A stretch of 64,000 nt of DNA from a virus, in the IMG/VR virus record IMGVR_UViG_3300030104_003872, positions 11,291-75,290 of that record; one strand, 5' to 3'. This document shows, in pieces, positions 12,343-22,075 of the stretch. Made by a program: the position numbers and the translations under genes. Each line of letters opens with the position of its first letter. Position 1 is the stretch's first letter. The notes beneath the pieces are model-generated. The model was not told where the DNA came from. It did no database searches and saw nothing but the letters and a program-made list of their open reading frames with translations.

Positions 12343-13296
12343 TTAAGCGATTAGGTCAGTCATCTTAACTATGCGGTTGTTAACACCGCTACCGGCCGCG
12401 TTTCCTGTGTCTTGGTGCTCGTGGATAACCATACCGAAGTATGATGTTAGCAACCAATCGTAACCTAGACCTGGAATCCTTGTTAATTCGGTTTCCATAA
12501 AGCCCGGTCCGTTGTACTGGAAGAACTCTGCGGTTGTTGCTCCGGGGACCAAAAGAAGTCCATCGTTCTGCAATGCACCGCTTGTACCTGCCGCACCTGC
12601 TCCGTTTCCGAAGTCACGGGTGTAGTAGACTGCAATGTTAGCAATGTCAGCCATGTGCTCTTGTAGTGATAGGATTACGTTACCAAACAGTTGTGTGTTT
12701 AGCATAGTGCTTCTGCACAGTGTTGGTAGAACCAAAGCAAGTCCTTCGTCACCACTAACTCTAGCGTTAGTGAAGATTAAGTCCATAGCGTCAAGCATAT
12801 TCTGCTCTGGGTCTGCCGCATTTCCACCGTTCCACTTTGCAGTTCCTCCACCGATAGCAAGGGTTTGTCCTGCTCCAGCACGAAGGTTTGTTAGAATTAG
12901 GTTATCAATAACTGATGCCCTGTTAGTAATGATAGCAAGTTGTTGCCTGTCAAGGGTTTCCCAAGTCTCGCCACGTAGTCTTACTGAATCTAGGAAGGTT
13001 GTTCGACCTTGTCCTTTCTTCAATACAACACTGTAGGATTTGGTTAATTCTTTGGTTGCGTCAACGATTGCGTTATCATCTAGTGGGTAGGTGAATGTTC
13101 CTTCAACACCTGTGTACCACTTGAATGTTAGCCAAGGTACTGTTCGTACTCCAACTAATTTTGTACCTACCGAAATGGTTAGTGACTGCAATTGGATAAA
13201 GTCTCTTAGAGTCTGCTCCAATACAGAATCGCCCTTTCCAAAAGGACCATCTTTCGCTTCTACTTGCAATATTTCTTCTAGTGTTCTACCTGCCAT
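12343..13296 (-). CDS. major capsid protein (HK97-fold, encapsulin-like)
   Basis: 317 aa; order portal-protease-decoration-MCP-adaptor; typical MCP composition. Confidence 0.75.
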   Translation of the reverse strand: MAGRTLEEILQVEAKDGPFGKGDSVLEQTLRDFIQLQSLTISVGTKLVGVRTVPWLTFKWYTGVEGTFTYPLDDNAIVDATKELTKSYSVVLKKGQGRTTFLDSVRLRGETWETLDRQQLAIITNRASVIDNLILTNLRAGAGQTLAIGGGTAKWNGGNAADPEQNMLDAMDLIFTNARVSGDEGLALVLPTLCRSTMLNTQLFGNVILSLQEHMADIANIAVYYTRDFGNGAGAAGTSGALQNDGLLLVPGATTAEFFQYNGPGFMETELTRIPGLGYDWLLTSYFGMVIHEHQDTGNAAGSGVNNRIVKMTDLIA

Positions 13297-13302
13297 ACTT
13301 AA

Positions 13303-13728
13303 TCACCATCCTGAGTTGTTAGTATTGATAGGCACTAACTCGCCCGCCACAACAACTTTTGCGTGGTCTCCAACGTACATCCCAACTGCGGTTGCACCTG
13401 AGGACTGTGTAGCGTCAACATGACCTGCGGCCGTGTCTGAAAGATAAACTGTTGCACCTAGATTGTAAGTACCTGCGTCTGCTCGCATCCATAGTACTCC
13501 ACCGGAAGGACAGTATGTTACTGTACCTGCCGCAACTAATGCTCCATCCACATCTCGGGATGATTCATCAAGTGAAACTGCAAATGGTGTATCTGCATCA
13601 GCAGAAGTTGTTCCACCTGCAACTGTAAGAGCTCCGCTTGCTACCTTTAGTATGTAACCGCTTGATGCTACTGTCTGTCCGCTCGCTAGTGTTCCTGTTC
13701 TTGTATTACTGTTACCAATGCTACTCAT
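13303..13728 (-). CDS. capsid decoration/cement protein (DUF2190-like)
   Basis: Small G/A/T-rich beta protein just upstream of MCP; GATVYLSDTAAG. Confidence 0.6.
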   Translation of the reverse strand: MSSIGNSNTRTGTLASGQTVASSGYILKVASGALTVAGGTTSADADTPFAVSLDESSRDVDGALVAAGTVTYCPSGGVLWMRADAGTYNLGATVYLSDTAAGHVDATQSSGATAVGMYVGDHAKVVVAGELVPINTNNSGW

Positions 13729-13729
13729 A

Positions 13730-15466
13730 TTATCTTTCCTCCGTGAAGTTTAGAATGTCTTTTTGTCCTTGTGATAGGTCTTCGTATCGTGTTGCCCTAT
13801 CATCAGCGGCTCCAAGACCTCTGTTGTATGCACTAACCCATGAATTGAATGCTCTAGCGTAAATGCTTTCAGCAGTCTTTAGGTGTGTACCGTTGAAGTA
13901 GTTAGCCACGAATACGCCGTCATCAGATGCGATAGGGGCTGATGCCTCTACCATTTTTTCTGTTGCCGCCTCAACTGGCTTCATTTCAACAACCTCGGGT
14001 TCGGGGTTAGAAGCCTTCCATGAAGCAATAAGGTTAGTTATTACATCAGCAGACAAAGTTTCGTGTCCCTTTAGTCCGAGGGCAGTCGCGTCCGCAACCA
14101 AAGATTCGCGTACTGCTTCCGCTTTTTCCGCTTCTCTGGCCTCGAACTGCTCAATGGTTGCTTTGCTAAGAATTAACTCTGCTTTCAACGCATCGAGCTC
14201 ATCGTTATTTATTTCAGATACTATTGTCTCGTCTGTCATGTTCAATGCCTCGTTGGCTTGCACTTGAGCCGAACCATACTTAAAGTTAGCGACAGTTGCA
14301 GTTGGTTTTGCCCGCTCTTTAACAGAAACAACCCTCGCCTCGTCGATAGAGGCATCGGGATAAGCAGGGTGATGAACGATAGCCAAATGGTCTAAAGTAA
14401 AGTCACTAGCGAAGAAAGCATATCCTGTTTTCTCCTCATACTTAGTAGGTACTCCGTACCCACCGATAGATACTCCGTACTCTGGTCTTAGCCATAGGCC
14501 GGATTCAAGTGCTTCAAAGAGTTCTTTTCTATGGACTTCTGCTTCATAGGTTACTTTCCAGTACTCTTCTTCTTCTGTTAATTCCGCTCCTGTAACAACA
14601 CCAACAACGGCTTCATCTACGCCACCGTCCATATTCCTTCCGAAACCACCTGCGGTCGCTTTGGGATGATTTAGTGTTAAGTCTATACCTTTTAGTTGCT
14701 CGACAACATTTCTACCTGCTTCTAATCCTAATTCCCAATTGTTTTTGTTTTTACCACTATGGAATGCAATACCTTTAATCATAACAACAGTCTTACCTGT
14801 GGATGCGTTAAGATACAATTTAGATTCGTCAACTGTTAGTTGTATAGCCACATTTACCATTTCATCTTCTGCACAACCACACCCACACGGTCCTTTTGCT
14901 TCTTGGGTTAGTTTATTGACAGGGGTTTTAGACCACATCTTACATGACCAGTAACCTGCTTTAGTTTTATCTTTCTTTTCGGCACAATTATGCCTATCAC
15001 GGAATGCCTTTCTTCTTTTAGGGTCATCACGCTTGATTTCCATGTTTGGGTCACCGAATCGTACTATTACAACACGACCGGACTTGTTCTTGACATATAC
15101 GGCAAACTTTTTATTACCACCCTTTGTTCTGAACGGTTTGTTAAGGGAAACTTTTTTTCCACCATACTCGGCCGCAATATCTTCAAAATATGTTGCTTCT
15201 TCTGATTCTTCCCCCCAATCTTCATATGCAATTGCTTTTTCTTTGCAGTTATCTAATTCTTGACATTCTGCTTCACAACCGCAGTCTGCACTTGCTTTGT
15301 GGTCAGCAGGGGAATGGGCTTTGTCTTGGTCCATAAAGGTGTGTCCTTCATGTGCAACCATGCAAGCATCTTCTGAATGACCTGCAAGTGTGCATCTAGC
15401 CATATATTCATCATGCGTCTCATTATCTACAGGAGTTGGTGGGTTGACACCTTCAGCAGATTTCAT
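13730..15466 (-). CDS. prohead protease-scaffold fusion with an N-terminal basic insert
   Basis: Catalytic-type LTLNHP and GVSIGG, DHLAIVHHPAYPDA; C-terminal coiled coil. Confidence 0.85.
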   Translation of the reverse strand: MKSAEGVNPPTPVDNETHDEYMARCTLAGHSEDACMVAHEGHTFMDQDKAHSPADHKASADCGCEAECQELDNCKEKAIAYEDWGEESEEATYFEDIAAEYGGKKVSLNKPFRTKGGNKKFAVYVKNKSGRVVIVRFGDPNMEIKRDDPKRRKAFRDRHNCAEKKDKTKAGYWSCKMWSKTPVNKLTQEAKGPCGCGCAEDEMVNVAIQLTVDESKLYLNASTGKTVVMIKGIAFHSGKNKNNWELGLEAGRNVVEQLKGIDLTLNHPKATAGGFGRNMDGGVDEAVVGVVTGAELTEEEEYWKVTYEAEVHRKELFEALESGLWLRPEYGVSIGGYGVPTKYEEKTGYAFFASDFTLDHLAIVHHPAYPDASIDEARVVSVKERAKPTATVANFKYGSAQVQANEALNMTDETIVSEINNDELDALKAELILSKATIEQFEAREAEKAEAVRESLVADATALGLKGHETLSADVITNLIASWKASNPEPEVVEMKPVEAATEKMVEASAPIASDDGVFVANYFNGTHLKTAESIYARAFNSWVSAYNRGLGAADDRATRYEDLSQGQKDILNFTEER

Positions 15467-15518
15467 GCTTAGTACCCCTTTTTCTTCTTCTTACTTATTT
15501 TTTTCTTTTTGTATGCCA

Positions 15519-16934
15519 TTATTCAGTCACCTCTTTATCTTGTTTGAGTGTATTATCACGAGGGTTGCGACCTTGCGGTGCAGTCTCTGGCTCAGGCTTA
15601 AAGTCCTCGCCTCCTTTAACCTTTTCCATGTGTACTATGTCTCTCGCCTCATTCTTCGTCATTAAGCCCATAGTATATCCGGTAGTTGCCCTTTTCATTG
15701 ATTCACCCCTAGATTCTTCTTCTATTGGTTTGAAAGTCATTAGAGGTAAATCTTCTTTGGTTGCCTGTATTCCTAGTAATTCTAGGTGTTTCAAAAAGAG
15801 GTGACAACATGATTCTATCGCTACCGCTTGAAGCCTTCTGATAGCATTTATACTCCACATAGAAGCAGAGTAGGTAGCCGCAAACGTCGAACCCCTTTCT
15901 TGACCTGCCGCGACCCTTGGTACTTGTAAAACTGCTGATATATCCCCATTTACTATGTCTAAGAAAGCAGTTGGGTCGGGGATAGTGTTTTTCAAATCAA
16001 CGTGGTGCATTTCAACATAGGAAGGAAGTATGGGTATCTGGTCACCCCTTAGTCCTTCTAGCAATTCTGCAACCTGCGTCATTATGTATGCTAGTCTTTG
16101 TTGTTGTTCGTCTGGGTCTGTGATATGTTCAACAGATTGTGCATCAATAGTAATGTATTGCTTAGTTAGTGCTTCTTCTAAGGCAATTCTGTTATTTATC
16201 ATGTTGTATTTTGCTCGGATGGGTTGCTTTAGGCTTGAGAACCTAGAAGCACCCCAAACGCCGTAACTCCAGCGTCCGAGCCTATCTTGAAACCAATTGC
16301 TTCTGTAATCTATACGGGTGTGCCATATTTCGTCAGTAGGAAACTCTTGTGGATAAGTACCTTGCTCTTGTAGCATATAGAGCGTAGGCTTCATAATAGG
16401 TGACTCGCGTGTAACCGAAGGTGGTTGAATACCTCTGCTATCCTTTATAGTTATTTGATGAACAGGAAGAGATTGTACTTCTGTTACCCCAACCCCTGTC
16501 TTACCAACTAACTTATTGATGTCGTTGCCATAAACCATTAGGTTACGAAGCATATTAATAAGAATATCATCAAAGTCAATTGCATACACAAATTGTTCGA
16601 TAGCATTTCTAATTTTCCTATTCCTTCCTTTTGAATAGTCTATTTCCCAATTGTTAGCGGTCAGGCTTACTGAACGGACCGCACCATTCAACTCAGGGTC
16701 TAATTTTAACATTTCATCGTACAAATCGAACTCGTCATCATATTTTGTCCTTCCAAAAGACCTCTTGTGGTCACGAAGATGCTTTGTGTCCTCAAAAACA
16801 TCAGATAAGCCCGCCACTTGTGCAAAACTCATAGGTCTATTTACTGCTACACGCTCGACACGCTTTTCTCCATCAATTTGACCGTCTTTTGGTGTAGAAC
16901 GACGGAAGAAATCAAATATTGACCGCTCAGCCAT
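15519..16934 (-). CDS. portal protein
   Basis: 471 aa; LMVYGN, ISAVLQVP...G.ERGSTFAA, GLMTKNEARD; first gene of the head operon. Confidence 0.85.
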   Translation of the reverse strand: MAERSIFDFFRRSTPKDGQIDGEKRVERVAVNRPMSFAQVAGLSDVFEDTKHLRDHKRSFGRTKYDDEFDLYDEMLKLDPELNGAVRSVSLTANNWEIDYSKGRNRKIRNAIEQFVYAIDFDDILINMLRNLMVYGNDINKLVGKTGVGVTEVQSLPVHQITIKDSRGIQPPSVTRESPIMKPTLYMLQEQGTYPQEFPTDEIWHTRIDYRSNWFQDRLGRWSYGVWGASRFSSLKQPIRAKYNMINNRIALEEALTKQYITIDAQSVEHITDPDEQQQRLAYIMTQVAELLEGLRGDQIPILPSYVEMHHVDLKNTIPDPTAFLDIVNGDISAVLQVPRVAAGQERGSTFAATYSASMWSINAIRRLQAVAIESCCHLFLKHLELLGIQATKEDLPLMTFKPIEEESRGESMKRATTGYTMGLMTKNEARDIVHMEKVKGGEDFKPEPETAPQGRNPRDNTLKQDKEVTE

Positions 16935-17014
16935 GACACTACCGAAAAGCCTTAACTGTTAAAAGGGTTCTGTTAAACCAAATCCTTAAATATGGATATA
17001 CTTTCGGATATACC

Positions 17015-18517
17015 ATGAGCGGCGAAAGAAGGATAGCACTAAGGGAAAAAACATTAAATTACATACGACCACATTTAGAGCATTGGACTGGAACTGATGC
17101 TCAGTTCGCTGATTTTCTTTACGAAGTTAATTATCTTCAGAAAGGCGAAGGACCTGCAAAACCTCTTTCTTGGAGAAACACAGTATCAAGATTTAGAAAA
17201 CTATACCCTAGAGAAGCACCTATAAATGACATTTTCACTAATGGAAAAGAAATGTCTTTAGATGAAGCAGATGCAACATGGATTTCTGATGAACCTTACT
17301 ATTACAATTCTGAAACCGATGTTTATGTTACTTTCATAAGGTCAGCAGGTAATAAGCCTGTTACAGTTAGTGGGGATGTTCATAGGGCAATGAAATCTGC
17401 TTATAGCAACATGGTCAACAAACCTTCAAGTATGAATCAAATATCTAGGGATTTTCAGATTCCCCGTGCATGGTTTGACGAATATAGACGAGTTCATGGT
17501 TGGACTCACGATATGGACCCATTTACTAATGAAGAATTGAAAGATGCTGATTCAGTCGAAGACCTTGTTGATGAATTAGTGTTACGCCGAAGGCGTTCTC
17601 TACATATAACTTATGAAAAGAAAAAGTGGGATGAAATACAAAAAGACGCTGAAAAATGGAGAGAATTTGAAGATACCTTTATCGAGCACCTAAAGATTCA
17701 TAAACCGGAACATAGAGAAGTACAAATGATTACTTTACAAGAAACTGACCCCTATGCACTTGTTATATCCCCCACAGACCTCCATTATGGAAAATACGGA
17801 TGGGAAGATGAAGTAGGGGAAAGATATGACTTTGACGAAGCACGAAAAAGACTTCACGAAGCGACTAGTGCATTAATTTCAAGATTAGGCGGAACACCGG
17901 AAAAAATTATAGTCGCGGCTGGCTCAGATTGGTTTCATGTGGATAATGACGGTGGCACAACAACTGCGGGTACTGCACAAGACAGATACGGTAGTCCGGC
18001 ACAGATTTTGATGCAGGGTTGTGAATTAGCAAAAGAGCACATAGATATGCTTAGAAGTGTTGCACCTGTTGAAGTTGTTTTCATGGCGGGTAATCATGAC
18101 CGTCATTCAACCTTAGCATTAGGGCTATTTTTGAAAGCAACTTACGAATCTTGTGATGACTGTACCGTTATTCTTGATGCAAACATGAGCAGACAGTATA
18201 TTACCTATGGAAATACACTTTTAGGCTTTACACATGGAGATGGTGTGCGATTTAATCAATTACCTTCAACTATGGCTAAAGAACAATGGGAGAATTGGGG
18301 TAAGTGCCGATATAAGGTATGGTTTTCCGGTCATCTTCATCATCAAGCCCTAAAAGAGCATGGTGGTGCGTTTTGTGTTCAATTACCTAGTCTTGCCGGA
18401 CATGACCGTTGGCATCATAGAAAAGGATTTGTGAGCCAAGCCGGAATGTCTGCACATTTAATTGACCGCGAAGAAGGTATGATAGGAAGTATGTTTAAGC
18501 CCGTAGTCGATGAGTGA
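17015..18517 (+). CDS. calcineurin-like metallophosphoesterase
   Basis: DLHYG, GSDWFH, GNHD, THGD and GHLH motifs; leaderless after CCTTAAATA. Confidence 0.85.
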   Translation: MSGERRIALREKTLNYIRPHLEHWTGTDAQFADFLYEVNYLQKGEGPAKPLSWRNTVSRFRKLYPREAPINDIFTNGKEMSLDEADATWISDEPYYYNSETDVYVTFIRSAGNKPVTVSGDVHRAMKSAYSNMVNKPSSMNQISRDFQIPRAWFDEYRRVHGWTHDMDPFTNEELKDADSVEDLVDELVLRRRRSLHITYEKKKWDEIQKDAEKWREFEDTFIEHLKIHKPEHREVQMITLQETDPYALVISPTDLHYGKYGWEDEVGERYDFDEARKRLHEATSALISRLGGTPEKIIVAAGSDWFHVDNDGGTTTAGTAQDRYGSPAQILMQGCELAKEHIDMLRSVAPVEVVFMAGNHDRHSTLALGLFLKATYESCDDCTVILDANMSRQYITYGNTLLGFTHGDGVRFNQLPSTMAKEQWENWGKCRYKVWFSGHLHHQALKEHGGAFCVQLPSLAGHDRWHHRKGFVSQAGMSAHLIDREEGMIGSMFKPVVDE

Positions 18518-18523
18518 TTTACG

Positions 18524-18649
18524 GTGCTAGTGTGCGACTACTGTCAAGAAACGTCTATCTCCGCTCCTTATATGACTCATGACATTTACTTAAAGACATT
18601 GGGACTATGCCCCGTATGTGGGAAAAACGGAAGTGTAAGAAATGTCTGA
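18524..18649 (+). CDS. small Zn-ribbon protein (41 aa, not in ORF track)
   Basis: GTG start; CDYC...CPVC; overlaps the terL start. Confidence 0.5.
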   Translation: MLVCDYCQETSISAPYMTHDIYLKTLGLCPVCGKNGSVRNV

Positions 18650-20144
18650 TATACTAAGAGGATTTAATTTAGAGCGTTCAAGAACAGATTTTAAGCATTT
18701 TTATGAATGGGTTGGTTATGTTTGGGGCGACCACATAGGCGAATGGGATAAATTGTATCGTGATAGGCAAGAAGCCAATGTTCACCGTGTTTGTATCATT
18801 GCTCCGCGTGACCACAGTAAGTCAACAACCTTAAGAATGGTAATGTTGCATCAATGCCTATTCAATACATGGCGAGACAAGCCTTTTACTATATGGTTGT
18901 TCTCTGCGTCTAAAGAATTGGCCGCTAACAGGCTCGAAGAAATACGAGGCGATATGATGCGTCATAGAGAACTTAGAAAGTTTATTGATATGCGAAGGGG
19001 TGGAAAACTTAACTTAAGATTCACAAATGGGGCATGGATTAAGGCTACCGGTATAGGTTCTGCTATTCGTGGTGAACATCCGGCTTGTATTGCTATGGAT
19101 GACGTACTCGATGATACAGGAGACATTACCCCCGAATCCACTAGGCATTGGTTTAGAAAAAAGATAACACCGATGCTTTCTCCCGGAACTTGGATGTATT
19201 GTGTCGGCACACCAATGGGAATGACTGATTTATACCACACCGAAATGCTAGAGAACCCTGCTTGGAAAACATGGCTCGGTTCTGCTTTCCCCAATTGGGA
19301 TGAATGGAAGTCTGACCCCGATGGTGTGGATTTAGAATGCCTATGGCCGGAACATCGGTCACTAGACTTCTTGATGGAACAAAAACAGGCTATGGGGGAT
19401 TTAGCATTCGTACAAGAATATCTTTGTAAGGTTGTGGATGAAGATGCTCAAGTTTTTACTAGGTACGATACGCGAGCACACTTAGAATCAACCGATATAA
19501 TGATGACAGGTAAAGAATTAGATGGAAAATACGCCATAGGCTTTGACCCTGCACATGGATTGGGAAGAGACTATTCTGTAATGGTTGTTGTTAGGCAAGA
19601 TAAGGATGGTGACCTTCATGTTGTTGATTTATGGAGACGTAATGATTTTCCCCCTGCGAAGCAGGTCGATGAGATTTTGTCTATGTGTAAAAAATATGAT
19701 AATCCGGCTTTTGCTTGCGAAGATGCGGGATTCCAAAGGCTCTATGAACAATTATTGTTAGAAAGGGGGGCAATGGTGGACTTTAGACCTTCTAAGGTAA
19801 GTAATAAGACACTAAAACAGGCACTATTGAATAGGTTGCGTGTTTGGTTTGAACAACAGAGGATTCACTTTCCATTTGGGGATGATAAAACTAGAAGAAA
19901 CATGAACATCATCTTAGAAGAATTAGACCACCATGTATGGAAGCAAGGCGAGATTATGGACGTTGGGAGACACAACGATACAGTAATGGCTCTTGCACAC
20001 GCAGTTGACCAGTTTTATTCGTGGGATAGGGGAGCACCTGTTGCTACCGGAAAGATTGAATCAAGTGGTTGGCTTCGACCGGATGGTGAATCTAAAGCAC
20101 CAAGATATAGCAGACCGCAGACAGGACGCTACCGCATACTTTAG
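18642..20144 (+). CDS. terL: terminase large subunit
   Basis: APRDHSKST Walker A, IAMDD Walker B, VGTP, QEY, nuclease GFDPA and HNDTVMALA. Confidence 0.95.
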   Translation: MSDILRGFNLERSRTDFKHFYEWVGYVWGDHIGEWDKLYRDRQEANVHRVCIIAPRDHSKSTTLRMVMLHQCLFNTWRDKPFTIWLFSASKELAANRLEEIRGDMMRHRELRKFIDMRRGGKLNLRFTNGAWIKATGIGSAIRGEHPACIAMDDVLDDTGDITPESTRHWFRKKITPMLSPGTWMYCVGTPMGMTDLYHTEMLENPAWKTWLGSAFPNWDEWKSDPDGVDLECLWPEHRSLDFLMEQKQAMGDLAFVQEYLCKVVDEDAQVFTRYDTRAHLESTDIMMTGKELDGKYAIGFDPAHGLGRDYSVMVVVRQDKDGDLHVVDLWRRNDFPPAKQVDEILSMCKKYDNPAFACEDAGFQRLYEQLLLERGAMVDFRPSKVSNKTLKQALLNRLRVWFEQQRIHFPFGDDKTRRNMNIILEELDHHVWKQGEIMDVGRHNDTVMALAHAVDQFYSWDRGAPVATGKIESSGWLRPDGESKAPRYSRPQTGRYRIL

Positions 20145-20263
20145 AATATGTACCATATTAGTAAAAACATACAGTCAAACCAAATGAAAAGCCAAATTAG
20201 GTCGTCTATCCAATCATTTTCCCCCATGTCAATGAATCTGAGGAACCACTTAGGTATTTTCAT
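20141..20263 (-). CDS. small membrane protein
   Basis: MKIPKWFLRF...WLFIWFDCMFLLIWYIF; TATA-like sequence upstream; converges on terL. Confidence 0.4.
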   Translation of the reverse strand: MKIPKWFLRFIDMGENDWIDDLIWLFIWFDCMFLLIWYIF

Positions 20264-20586
20264 CAAACAATGATGCGTCCATAGAGCATATAGACTTATC
20301 TTTATAATGTCACTCCGAAAAAAATTAGAGAAAACTCTCGTAGGCACTAGGCGGAGATATATGGGCTAAATGCGTGATTTATGGCCTTCTATTATATACT
20401 AAGGCCGTATTTCACCATTTGCTGATATCGGATATTGGTGTTGTCCTTCGGGGCTTCGGACGAAAGCATCTGAACATAACAGGCTAGAATTAGCCTTCCG
20501 AATGCTTTGCCGGACACAAGATGGAAGGCGAATGGAATAAACAAACCAATCGGGCAAATAATCAACATCTGAAAGGTGAAGAAGCA

Positions 20587-21024
20587 ATGGCTAAGGCTAA
20601 GGCTAAGGCACTATATCAGATGGATGCGGAAGAAGCGATTGCTTCGTTCAATAGTACCCGTGCTGACAACAGTAAGGGATTGGGCAAAGCAATAGTGCAT
20701 AAGCCCCGAATGCGTAAGGCATCCGGCAGTCATGTTATGATTGTTGATTTGTCTAAACTGCCTAAGGGAAGCACGGTTGAACACCATCTAGGCTTGGCAA
20801 CAAGTAAGGTGAATGGGAAACCTGCTAAATATGCTTGCGTGTGTCTAACACACAATAGAAGCGTACTATGCACAACACGCCATCAGGCAACCTTCGGGGC
20901 AGTCTTTACTGCCCTTAAGGACGCTAGGACACCGAAGCAACTGATTCAGTCTAAGGGATTTACCCTAACTGATGGAATCGGTTGGTGTGATGGTTGTGTG
21001 AAGGCTTCATTAGCATCTGTCTGA
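20587..21024 (+). CDS. C/H-W family protein, copy 1 (putative pre-early Zn-binding protein)
   Basis: AAAGGTGA RBS then ATG 20587; ACVCLTH...TTRHQA...WCDGC; TATA ATTATATACT at 20391. Confidence 0.75.
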   Translation: MAKAKAKALYQMDAEEAIASFNSTRADNSKGLGKAIVHKPRMRKASGSHVMIVDLSKLPKGSTVEHHLGLATSKVNGKPAKYACVCLTHNRSVLCTTRHQATFGAVFTALKDARTPKQLIQSKGFTLTDGIGWCDGCVKASLASV

Positions 21025-21208
21025 AATGTGTCTTGCCACTATTAGGTGAAGTGGGCTTCCGTAATATGCTAGATATGTATGCGTCAATGAACAGTCAATC
21101 AGACTAACCAAACGATACCCAAGATTAGCACCTGTACAGGATGGATTTCAATGGCTATATCCCGCCGTTAAATCCTGTATAGTTTGAAGCCCCTTCCCAC
21201 ACGAAACC

Positions 21209-21361
21209 ATGATTTTGAAAAGGTATTTTATTGAATGGCGTGATGGAACAATAACCGAAATTAGCATTGATGAATTGAAGCGATTAGATGAATCAGGATT
21301 CCCGAAATCCATGCTTAATTTCATGGAATATCGGGCGTTTAGGAAGTGGTTGAAGGATTAG
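21209..21361 (+). CDS. hypothetical protein (50 aa, not in ORF track)
   Basis: MILKRYFIEWRDGTITEISIDELKRL...WLKD*; ends at the terminator hairpin; all Glu codons are GAA. Confidence 0.45.
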   Translation: MILKRYFIEWRDGTITEISIDELKRLDESGFPKSMLNFMEYRAFRKWLKD

Positions 21362-21410
21362 GCCGAAAGGCCACCTTCTTCCCTTTTTTTTGTGTTTTTT
21401 CAGATTTTTT
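21360..21410 (+). terminator. hairpin plus oligo-T terminator
   Basis: GGCC-GAAA-GGCC followed by three T-tracts (T8, T6, T6). Confidence 0.75.
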
Positions 21411-21448
21411 GAATCTACCGCATAAAAGATGGTTAAAGCCTTCGGTCC

Positions 21449-21545
21449 GCCCCTGTGAGAGAACAAAGGTCCGGAGAAAAAAGGTCAGGAGAAAAAGGTC
21501 TGGAGAAAAAGGTCACGCTGACAAAGGTCAGCCCCTGTGAGAGAA
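21449..21545 (+). repeat. iteron-like array: five AAAGGTC between 15-bp direct repeats
   Basis: AAAGGTC at 21465, 21480, 21494, 21508 and 21523; GCCCCTGTGAGAGAA at 21449 and 21531. Confidence 0.85.
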
Positions 21546-21600
21546 AACACGAGACGCCACCCATGATGACGCCTCGCTTACGTTAGTCCTCTGTCTCGAT

Positions 21601-21789
21601 TCAATTCATCTCAACAAGTGTCTGAATTAAGCATTGCTCCAGTTGTTGCGGGGTCATCTCTGCGTTTATGCCGAGGTCTATTGGTGTTCTCACTAGAGTT
21701 GTTATTACACCTTCCTGACGCCCGTCGTCTCCAACGACTGCGTGTTGCACGATTTTCGCGGTCACTTCTCCTATCTTTATTTTTCTCAT
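21601..21789 (-). CDS. hypothetical early protein
   Basis: AGGAGG RBS; TATA at 21838-47. Confidence 0.6.
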   Translation of the reverse strand: MRKIKIGEVTAKIVQHAVVGDDGRQEGVITTLVRTPIDLGINAEMTPQQLEQCLIQTLVEMN

Positions 21790-22047
21790 TTCATTTCCTC
21801 CTATGGGCTTTCCGCCCTACCTCCTCATGGAAGCCATAGTATATATACTTTGTGTATTTACGACCTCCACCTGAGAACTCTTTCTCGGCTCGGGGTGAGG
21901 CCCCCAAAAAGTAGTGTCGGGGAGAGAGAGGCTCGGGGAGAGGCCCTAAAAGACGCTCTCTCGCCCGGTCCGCCCCCGAGTAGGCGTTTGAGTGCGAGTC
22001 GTGATGCCAGACCGCCCCTCCGAGATGTCGTGGCTGAGTCGTACGTT

Positions 22048-22075
22048 TCTCCGGAGACCGCAATGTTTATAACCC
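22048..22075 (+). promoter_or_regulatory. early promoter: TCTC-CG-GAGA palindrome, 8-nt spacer, TTTATAA
   Basis: Same geometry as ten other early promoters. Confidence 0.7.

Larger units (their letters stand above)
20357..21456. other. 1.1-kb GAG/CTC-free segment (candidate genome end or first-transferred DNA)
   Basis: Line-by-line reading finds no GAG or CTC between GAG at 20354-56 and GAG at 21457-59. Confidence 0.85.

Noticed and set aside
20421-20470. Hammerhead-like GTCC...GGAC-GAAA
   Set aside because: The required CUGANGA core is not adjacent to the stem (TTGGTGTT instead); kept only as a structured leader
21346-22063. Track ORFs 21346+, 21618+, 21742+ and 21791-
   Set aside because: They run across the terminator, iteron array and promoters and have low-complexity translations without an RBS
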